Below, one piece after another: positions 18,376 through 24,604 of a stretch of DNA of 28,564 nucleotides. The stretch is taken from positions 1 through 28,564 of the IMG/VR virus record IMGVR_UViG_3300025821_000030; one strand, 5' to 3'. Within the stretch, counting starts at the first letter, position 1; every line of letters begins with the position of its first letter. Below the pieces are notes generated by a model that had not been told where the DNA came from, made no database searches, and saw only the letters and a list, made by a program, of their open reading frames with translations. This DNA is from a virus (taxonomy: Duplodnaviria; Caudoviricetes). The translations under genes and the position numbers were made by a program.

Positions 18376-18392
18376 AACATTTTATTTTAAAA

Positions 18393-18569
18393 TTAAAGTG
18401 AACTCTTTTTTTCTGCTTTAATACTGTTCATTTTTTGATCATATCTTCTTTGTCTTGATTTGATCCAATCGTTTATATCTGATGAAAACGCAAAGCAAAA
18501 TCTGTCTCTGTTTGCCTCTGTTGGTTTGTCATAAAGTATATTTAATGGTGTTGGTGTTTTTTGTTCCAT
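18393..18569 (-). CDS. Small hypothetical protein (58 aa; not in ORF track)
   Basis: MEQKTPTPLNILYDKPTEANRDRFCFAFSSDINDWIK...; fills the gap between genes. Confidence 0.55.
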   Translation of the reverse strand: MEQKTPTPLNILYDKPTEANRDRFCFAFSSDINDWIKSRQRRYDQKMNSIKAEKKSSL

Positions 18570-18575
18570 ATATTT

Positions 18576-19025
18576 TTATTTCATTGTATGCCCTTGATTT
18601 TTTCTTTGTAATGATCCTTTAGTGATTCCGCTTCTTTTAGTTAATACAGTTATTCGTGCCGATCTTTTATTCCTAAATGCTTCAAGCAAATTTGGATTTA
18701 CTTCTAAACCTTTTATCTTCCTGTAAGCAATTTTGTTTTTAAGCATCTCGTAACTCATCTCATCATACTGAGTCCTAGCACTAAGCAAGTTTTGAAATTG
18801 TTCCTTATCAATATTTGGCTTTTCTATTTCGACAAAAAAATCTTTATACTTATCCTTTAGGAAAGTTAAAATTTCTTCATTGTAATCTATCTTTTCCAAA
18901 TGACAATATCCCCAATAGACAGTTACAGGATGAAATTCTAATAATTGTTGAATAGTGTACCCTTGATACTTTCTTGAAAACTCCCATTTTGATTTAGGAG
19001 TTAATGTTCTTTTAAAAATTTTCAT
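18576..19025 (-). CDS. Hypothetical early protein
   Basis: 149 aa; AAACAGATATG start context. Confidence 0.7.
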   Translation of the reverse strand: MKIFKRTLTPKSKWEFSRKYQGYTIQQLLEFHPVTVYWGYCHLEKIDYNEEILTFLKDKYKDFFVEIEKPNIDKEQFQNLLSARTQYDEMSYEMLKNKIAYRKIKGLEVNPNLLEAFRNKRSARITVLTKRSGITKGSLQRKNQGHTMK

Positions 19026-19038
19026 ATCTGTTTTGTTT

Positions 19039-19057
19039 AAAGGGGGTTTTACCCCCC
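19039..19057 (-). terminator. GC hairpin, weak terminator or processing stem
   Basis: GGGGGG-TAAAA-CCCCC followed by only TTT. Confidence 0.4.
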
Positions 19058-19071
19058 ATTTAATTTATTTA

Positions 19072-19299
19072 TCAAGCATATTGTCCTTCGGTAAACATAT
19101 ATTCTTCCCAAAGGTTTTCAATTTTTTCGTTAGTCTCTAAATAGTCAATTATTTTGCCATCTTGAACAACACAATAATTGATGGTGTTAATAAGAGAATA
19201 GTCTATAGATATACCAACAACACCCTCATATTTAAGAGATTCTACCTCACAAGCGTTTAAAAAGTTTAGTCTTTCTTGATTTGTTTTTGAAATTTTCAT
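19072..19299 (-). CDS. Hypothetical early protein
   Basis: 75 aa; first gene after the TATCTTTG promoter. Confidence 0.7.
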   Translation of the reverse strand: MKISKTNQERLNFLNACEVESLKYEGVVGISIDYSLINTINYCVVQDGKIIDYLETNEKIENLWEEYMFTEGQYA

Positions 19300-19332
19300 C
19301 TTGTTTTTGTTTTTGTTTAATTAATTATAAAC

Positions 19333-19340
19333 CAAAGATA
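19333..19340 (-). promoter_or_regulatory. Host-type Bacteroidota promoter -7 box (TATCTTTG)
   Basis: Directly downstream of tandem terminators, at the start of the early gene run. Confidence 0.7.
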
Positions 19341-19372
19341 TAAAACTTTTATTTAATAAAAAACTATTTAGC

Positions 19373-19405
19373 AAAAAAAAGAGGAAAAAATTAATTTTCC
19401 CCTTC
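19373..19405 (-). terminator. Rho-independent terminator (second of a tandem pair)
   Basis: GGGGAAAA...TTTTCCTC stem followed by T8. Confidence 0.7.
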
Positions 19406-19413
19406 AAACAGAT

Positions 19414-19485
19414 AAAAAAAAGGGTAGGAGTCTTGCGACTTTAGCTCTACCCCTTAGATAATATACCACATATTACTTATACACA
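19414..19485 (-). ncRNA. Candidate small regulatory RNA (~70 nt)
   Basis: TATATTTG box at 19489-19496; no ORF longer than 5 codons; hairpin TAATAT-GTGGT-ATATTA, then GGGTAG...AGTC-GCAA-GACT...CTACCC and T8. Confidence 0.5.
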
Positions 19486-19488
19486 CCT

Positions 19489-19496
19489 CAAATATA
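19489..19496 (-). promoter_or_regulatory. Host-type Bacteroidota promoter -7 box (TATATTTG)
   Basis: Immediately after the NinG-like stop codon, pointing into a non-coding unit. Confidence 0.6.
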
Positions 19497-19500
19497 CGAA

Positions 19501-19887
19501 TTATAATTCTTTTACCAAATCTTTGTAGACTTTAATCATATCCTCAATTTCATTTGTGGAAAGTTTGATAAGGCTTTTTGCTTTTAATGACAATTCATTA
19601 GAAGTCCCTTCACCATATTTTTCATCTAGTCTTTTGCTGAAAGCGTATTGTTCTCCTTGATTGAATATGTTGCACTTAGGACATTGAACTTGGCAGTTTA
19701 ATTTATCCCATCTTGTGGAATAATATCTTCTGCTTTGGAAGTGACCACATTGTAATTCTTTGTAATTTTTTTGAACACCACAAGTGAAACACTCAGCTAT
19801 ATCATCAATAGCAAATCTTCTTCTAATATAAATAGAAAAGATTGTATCTAATTTTTTAACTGTTTTGCTTCTAATTGCTTTTTTCAT
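19501..19887 (-). CDS. ninG: NinG/Rap-like HNH-type recombination endonuclease
   Basis: LD.IFS.YIR, CFTCG, QCGHF.SR and NC..QC..CN motifs. Confidence 0.8.
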   Translation of the reverse strand: MKKAIRSKTVKKLDTIFSIYIRRRFAIDDIAECFTCGVQKNYKELQCGHFQSRRYYSTRWDKLNCQVQCPKCNIFNQGEQYAFSKRLDEKYGEGTSNELSLKAKSLIKLSTNEIEDMIKVYKDLVKEL

Positions 19888-20230
19888 TATATGCTATTGC
19901 ATGAATTTTTCTATTTTTTATATGTTATTGCACTTTTAGATAGTCAATTCGGTTTACAATAGTGCATATAATTACACTTTGGGTATAACAATAGGAAGAA
20001 TAATAAACTATTTTATTGTAATGTGTATTATAAAGCACTCATTAATGTCTTTTTGATACTTTAATGACTCATTATTCATACTTTCTTATTATATAAACGA
20101 ACCCCTTTAGGGGGTTCTTATAAACTTAATGCCCCCCCTTACCCCCCCATTGAAGGGAGATAAAATAATTTGCCCGATCCAAACACCTTCCATCTTTATT
20201 AGGTTGTGCAAGTTTAGTCTTTACGACAAG
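19888..20230. other. Largest non-coding region; candidate origin, packaging or control region
   Basis: No convincing ORF; AT-rich imperfect repeats, GC hairpin at 20099-20117 and C7-TTA-C7 at 20132-20148; lies at the late/early junction. Confidence 0.45.
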
Positions 20231-20231
20231 G

Positions 20232-20239
20232 CAAATATA
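20232..20239 (-). promoter_or_regulatory. Host-type Bacteroidota promoter -7 box (TATATTTG)
   Basis: After the last lysis-module gene, pointing into the non-coding region. Confidence 0.6.
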
Positions 20240-20250
20240 AAACTTTTTTT

Positions 20251-20463
20251 TTACTTTACAACCTCTTGAACTTCTTCGATTGAAATTTTGCCTGTAACAA
20301 AGGCATAAACCGCACCTGCTGCAACTAATAATCTTACCATCTGCTTTATGAATCTTGGTGCGAAAAACCTTCCTACACCGCCTTCTTTGGCTTTTATGTT
20401 TTCAACTAACTCACCCCCAATAGGGACTATTGTTTCAACTAAATTTAAAAATATTTTTAACAT
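20251..20463 (-). CDS. Holin-like small membrane protein
   Basis: 70 aa with hydrophobic MVRLLVAAGAVYAFVTG; lysis module position. Confidence 0.5.
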   Translation of the reverse strand: MLKIFLNLVETIVPIGGELVENIKAKEGGVGRFFAPRFIKQMVRLLVAAGAVYAFVTGKISIEEVQEVVK

Positions 20464-20468
20464 AATTT

Positions 20469-20756
20469 TTACTTTTTAAATACTCTTTGTTCTAAATCTT
20501 CAATTCTTTTGTCTGTTTGGCTTTCAAACTTTTCAAACTCTCTGATTAAAAAATCCAATTTTTGATTAACAACCCTAGTGTCATCTTGTGATACTATTGG
20601 TTTAGGGAGTGTTTTCGCAACCTCAATTTCTGTTTTAAGCATTGCGTAAGATAAAGTCAACGAGACAACCATACCTACTGCCATAATGAGGGTTTTAAAA
20701 TCAACTTGAAAGTCGGGTTTCTTATCCCCATCTACATCCACATTCAACTTCGTCAT
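20469..20756 (-). CDS. Membrane-anchored coiled-coil protein (lysis accessory, holin- or spanin-like)
   Basis: One TM segment (LIMAVGMVVSLTLSYAML), C-terminal coiled-coil, N-terminal DVDGD. Confidence 0.5.
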   Translation of the reverse strand: MTKLNVDVDGDKKPDFQVDFKTLIMAVGMVVSLTLSYAMLKTEIEVAKTLPKPIVSQDDTRVVNQKLDFLIREFEKFESQTDKRIEDLEQRVFKK

Positions 20757-20887
20757 TTCTTCTTTTTAAAATTCGTGTAACATATTGCAATCGCTTGATC
20801 TTTTGTTGCTTCTTTCATCATCTCGGGAATACATCGCATCATAAAATCTTTTTGCTTCTCGTTTGGTTTAGGCTTTGGTATAGGCAT
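20753..20887 (-). CDS. Small phage protein (44 aa; not in ORF track)
   Basis: MPIPKPKPNEKQKDFMMRCIPEMMKEATKDQAIAICYTNFKKKK; ATGA overlap downstream. Confidence 0.7.
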   Translation of the reverse strand: MPIPKPKPNEKQKDFMMRCIPEMMKEATKDQAIAICYTNFKKKK

Positions 20888-20954
20888 TTTAATATACTTT
20901 TAAGAGATTATCTTTTGTAAATAGTATAATCACATTACTTTAAGATAAAATCGC

Positions 20955-21467
20955 TTAGAAGTTATAATATTGAGTCCTAGCACCTTTGCGTTTCATCTTC
21001 AGCCTTTGCTTTCTATTTTTTTCCTCATTCACATAAGAAACGTGAATCCAATCGGGTTCATCATCTGTTCCTGCTTCCCAAATTAATTGATCGTAGCTTA
21101 AGTGTTCAGAAATATAGTTAAACAAATCAGCGTTTGACTTTTCTCCTAAAGTATCTAAGTCCAAGGCTTGTCCGAATCTGTGTTGGCTTGATTTACTTCC
21201 CCTTAAGGCAGTATTTAAAGCCTCACTTCTATACATACTATTTATTTTAATCGGATGTTCACACCATTCTCTTAAAGGCTGAAAAACTTTCTCAGCAATA
21301 AGAATCATATTAACTAAATGATCTTCAGTTGGATCGTTCTTAATATTTAACCTTTTAGCAGTATCTGAATGCGTTGCCTCTCGGTAACTAATATTCTTAC
21401 TGATCTTTGTTATCTTCTTTGATTTCTTCGTACTCTCCTGTTTCAAGGTTGATGTTAATTTTGCCAT
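20955..21467 (-). CDS. Endolysin, peptidase M15 family (Zn D-Ala-D-Ala carboxypeptidase-like)
   Basis: INSMYRS...LN, SQHRFGQALD and WIHVS Zn-binding motifs. Confidence 0.88.
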   Translation of the reverse strand: MAKLTSTLKQESTKKSKKITKISKNISYREATHSDTAKRLNIKNDPTEDHLVNMILIAEKVFQPLREWCEHPIKINSMYRSEALNTALRGSKSSQHRFGQALDLDTLGEKSNADLFNYISEHLSYDQLIWEAGTDDEPDWIHVSYVNEEKNRKQRLKMKRKGARTQYYNF

Positions 21468-21636
21468 AGCTTTCTTCTATTGATTCAAATGTCATTTCTT
21501 GATGCTCTATTACATCATCTAATAAGTGAAGTAATTTGTGCTTTCTAGATTCTAAAGCACCTAAATCGTGAGCAAGTTGGTTCTTTTGTTTCTCTTGCGT
21601 TTGTAATGTTTCTAGTTCTTTTTCTGTAATTTTCAT
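21397..21636 (-). CDS. Small acidic coiled-coil protein
   Basis: 79 aa; KITEKEL...YGKININLETGEY. Confidence 0.7.
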   Translation of the reverse strand: MKITEKELETLQTQEKQKNQLAHDLGALESRKHKLLHLLDDVIEHQEMTFESIEESYGKININLETGEYEEIKEDNKDQ

Positions 21637-21649
21637 AGCTTTTTTTCTT

Positions 21650-21657
21650 CAAAGATA
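21650..21657 (-). promoter_or_regulatory. Host-type promoter -7 box candidate (TATCTTTG)
   Basis: In a short intergenic gap ahead of the lysis block. Confidence 0.45.
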
Positions 21658-21658
21658 A

Positions 21659-21934
21659 TTAATCTTCCGAATCTACCCAATCACCTACAATCACTAGGTT
21701 TAAATCCTCTGCTATAATCGTGTAAACGTAATCATCATCAGCACCCCACGCATCGTATTGCGAACCACTAATTCCAAGGTTACCATTTGCTACTTGATAA
21801 TTTTCTTCAGTTAACAATTGCCAATAAAAAGAGGCTGCTTGTCCCAAGGTTACACTTGTACCTTGTGCTTGTAATTTTACAGCAGTTTTGGTTGTTCCGT
21901 TCTGCCAAACGTCTATTGGTTCTATTTCTTTCAT
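21659..21934 (-). CDS. Tail-fibre-associated small protein
   Basis: 91 aa directly downstream of the tail fibre; GNL.I.G.QYDAWG.DD.Y motif. Confidence 0.6.
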   Translation of the reverse strand: MKEIEPIDVWQNGTTKTAVKLQAQGTSVTLGQAASFYWQLLTEENYQVANGNLGISGSQYDAWGADDDYVYTIIAEDLNLVIVGDWVDSED

Positions 21935-21985
21935 AATTTATTTTATTTATTTTGTTTACTCTTGTTTTAATAACGTAGGTAACAC

Positions 21986-24025
21986 TTACCCTTCTAGTGT
22001 TTCAATTCTTGCTTTTAAATCTTCTATGATGGTTTGTTGTTCTTGAATTGCTTTGGTTAAATGTGGAATTATAAAATCCATTTTAATTGCTAACATTTCA
22101 TTTTCCTCTTGGTAAACGCTTACCGCTTCGGGAATTACTTCTTTAACCTCTTGAGCAATAAATCCAAATTCATTTTTAAACCCATCTATAAAATCAAATT
22201 TTCTAGGTTGAAGAGCCAAAACCTTATTTAATCCATCATCTAAATTAATAATATTTTCTTTTAATCTTCTATCTGATCCACTCCAAGAAGATGAAGAAAA
22301 CAAGTAGCCATCTCCTCTTACATAAAGATATTGAGTATTACTTGTGCTTTGAACGCTCATAGTATAATCAGATGAAGATGTTCCCGCTTTCACTAATAAG
22401 CCATAAGATTGACTAGTTGTAGTTCCTCCTCTACAATTTAAACCCCACTCGTTATCTTTTCCCTCTATTAGTACGCTCTTACTAAAAGTAGCATCACCCC
22501 CCGATGAGATGGTGAGTCCATTACCACTAACTAAACTTGCACCCGTTCTAATACGAAAACTATCATCTGTTTGTCTATATCCCATCATGAATTTAGCAGT
22601 AGAACCGTGATAATATTCCGTATAACCCCATCCCGAAGTTCCCGCATTAAAGCGTATACCCGCATTTTGAAAATTATTGCCAATCTCCATACCGTAACCC
22701 GACTGAGAAACTGTTGGCGAATTAGTTCCAATACCCACATTACCCCCCGATGAGATAGTGAGGGGAACAACAGAACCTTGTCTTATTCGAAAGGCATTAC
22801 TAGTCGCTAAATCTAAAGAGGTTAAAGCGCTACTTTGTCCAAAAGTAAATGAACCGCTATCATTTCCAAAACTTGCAATATCTGAACTTGCTCCCGAAAG
22901 AACTTGTAATTTTCTTGTAGGCGTACCACTAGTTCCAATACCCACATTACCCCCCGATGAGATGGTGAGATGTGGGTTATTATTTGTTTTGAATGTAATA
23001 GTAGAATCATCTAAATCTATGACGGCGCTTGTCACTCCGTCTCGCTGTCCAATAACTAAGCCATTGCCCGATACTTGATTCTCTATGTATCCGTGTAAAG
23101 TTGTACCATCCGCAGCATAAAATAATATATTGCCTGCCCCCGTACCCCTAATTAATTTAATAGAGTTTTGAACGCCCGTAAGAAATTGAAAAGCTGCATC
23201 TCCTTTTATAGTGTTTGAATTAGTCCATATTGCTACCTCATTAGTACTTGGTGTTCCACTTATACTTACATCACCACCCGCAGCATCTATAAATGAATAT
23301 GTTCCATTAGCATTTGTAGACAAAACTTGTCCACTAACTATTCCATCAGATACTACTGAAATAGCACTTGTACCATTACCTACTAAAATACCCGTTAATG
23401 TAGTTGCTCCCGTACCTCCATTGGCAACCCCTAAAGTACCACCTATAGCAATAGTTCCATTTGTGGTTATTGGTGAACCCGTAACAGTTAATCCCGTTGG
23501 AACACTTAACGCTACTGATGTAACAGTTCCTGCGGTTGATACTTGATTATCTACATATTCAGTAGTAGCAACCTTTGTGGAGTTATCACTAGCCGTTTGT
23601 GTAGTCGCTACTGATCCATCGGGAAGGACAACACCTGCGGTTGGAAAGGATAAAGTAATTGCTTGGCTTGATGCGCTTGTTACTATTTCATTTGCCGTAC
23701 CTGTAAAGGCTAATGTTTGACTGTCTAAAGTAACTGAGCCTGTGCCTGTACCACCCGAAAAATCTAATGTGTTTGAAAGGCTATCATTTTCCCAAGTCAA
23801 AACACCTGCTCCATCAGTTTTTAAAACTTGCCCATCTAAACCATCTGTATTCGGAAAAGCGTATTCTCCATAAAACTGAATTGAATCAGTTGAAAGATAT
23901 AATGGTGATGTGTTTCCCCTACCATCCGTTATCTGAGTGAGTGATGCGCTTAATACTCCACTACTTGAGGTTTTGAGTAAACCCGAATATGTTGCGGATA
24001 TTTGTTGATTAAATAAATCAGCCAT
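21986..24025 (-). CDS. Tail fibre/receptor-binding protein with C-terminal intramolecular chaperone (peptidase S74)
   Basis: G/T/S-rich; GQVLKTDGAG, TKVATTEYV and GNVGIGT repeats; SDRRLKENI cleavage motif, GFIAQEV and terminal coiled-coil. Confidence 0.88.
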   Translation of the reverse strand: MADLFNQQISATYSGLLKTSSSGVLSASLTQITDGRGNTSPLYLSTDSIQFYGEYAFPNTDGLDGQVLKTDGAGVLTWENDSLSNTLDFSGGTGTGSVTLDSQTLAFTGTANEIVTSASSQAITLSFPTAGVVLPDGSVATTQTASDNSTKVATTEYVDNQVSTAGTVTSVALSVPTGLTVTGSPITTNGTIAIGGTLGVANGGTGATTLTGILVGNGTSAISVVSDGIVSGQVLSTNANGTYSFIDAAGGDVSISGTPSTNEVAIWTNSNTIKGDAAFQFLTGVQNSIKLIRGTGAGNILFYAADGTTLHGYIENQVSGNGLVIGQRDGVTSAVIDLDDSTITFKTNNNPHLTISSGGNVGIGTSGTPTRKLQVLSGASSDIASFGNDSGSFTFGQSSALTSLDLATSNAFRIRQGSVVPLTISSGGNVGIGTNSPTVSQSGYGMEIGNNFQNAGIRFNAGTSGWGYTEYYHGSTAKFMMGYRQTDDSFRIRTGASLVSGNGLTISSGGDATFSKSVLIEGKDNEWGLNCRGGTTTSQSYGLLVKAGTSSSDYTMSVQSTSNTQYLYVRGDGYLFSSSSWSGSDRRLKENIINLDDGLNKVLALQPRKFDFIDGFKNEFGFIAQEVKEVIPEAVSVYQEENEMLAIKMDFIIPHLTKAIQEQQTIIEDLKARIETLEG
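22496..22969 (-). repeat. Three intragenic direct repeats with core CTCAC(C/T)ATCTCATCGGGGGGT
   Basis: 22723-22762 and 22930-22969 are 39/40 identical; 22496-22516 matches 22949-22969 at 21/21. Confidence 0.92.
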
Positions 24026-24092
24026 TTTTTTCTAGTTTTAATAAAAACTTTTTTAATTTTTTAATGTTTTCTTCTTTCGGTTTGTAACTCAC
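24018..24092 (-). CDS. Basic micro-ORF (24 aa, GTG start)
   Basis: (M)SYKPKEENIKKLKKFLLKLEKNG; GTGA overlap with the adaptor stop and overlap with the tail fibre ATG. Confidence 0.45.
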   Translation of the reverse strand: MSYKPKEENIKKLKKFLLKLEKNG

Positions 24093-24601
24093 AGAACCCA
24101 TCCGTTAAAAGTTGCGTCAGAACTTGGATAAATATCATTGTTTACATTCGAAGTGTATTCGGGAAATAAATTCTCGTTGAAACACATATAGTCTATAAAC
24201 CTTCTAGCGTACCACTCAGCGTGTGTTCTAGCTTTTTCTACTAGATAGTCTACTTCTGTTTTGTTAACAGTCTCAGCGTTCTCTGAGGTGTGTTTAAATA
24301 CCCCTCCATTTTTAACTTGATAAGCAGCAAATGGAAGATAATCCACTTGGGCAAACCAAATCAACATAGGCTGAATGTATTCGTTTAGAAGTGTCTTATA
24401 ATCAGCATAAGGAACAGTGTCAATGTCTCCATTTCCAACTATTAAAGTAAACTTATCGTAAAGTTTTGTACCTAAATAATTCTGAATATTTATCTGTTGG
24501 CTAATCTTGATAAATTGTATGAACTTATCTGTGTCAACATTGCCATCTAAGATAGAATTTCTGACTAAGTCGGTGCGATTTATGAATAATACTGTTGCCA
24601 T
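24089..24601 (-). CDS. Head-tail adaptor/connector protein
   Basis: 170 aa directly after the portal; GNVDTDKF, Q..IQNYLGTKLY and FPEY motifs. Confidence 0.65.
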   Translation of the reverse strand: MATVLFINRTDLVRNSILDGNVDTDKFIQFIKISQQINIQNYLGTKLYDKFTLIVGNGDIDTVPYADYKTLLNEYIQPMLIWFAQVDYLPFAAYQVKNGGVFKHTSENAETVNKTEVDYLVEKARTHAEWYARRFIDYMCFNENLFPEYTSNVNNDIYPSSDATFNGWVL

Positions 24602-24604
24602 TTC

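Noticed and set aside
19477-19485. Single DnaA-box match TTATACACA
   Set aside because: One 9-mer is expected by chance in AT-rich DNA of this length and no cluster was seen; kept only as an alternative reading of the sRNA locus.
21971-21975. Fourth CGTTA upstream of the 91-aa gene
   Set aside because: Lacks AAAAY at the 13-nt spacing and is not 7 nt from an ATG.
22496-22969. Tail-fibre repeats as a CRISPR array or DGR template/variable repeat pair
   Set aside because: Spacing is over 200 bp and in frame within a gene; no cas or reverse transcriptase gene in the window; only one mismatch, so no adenine-specific mutation pattern.
22585-23010. Alternative-frame minus ORFs sharing SHRGVMWVLEL
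   Set aside because: By-product of the DNA repeat read in another frame inside the tail fibre gene.
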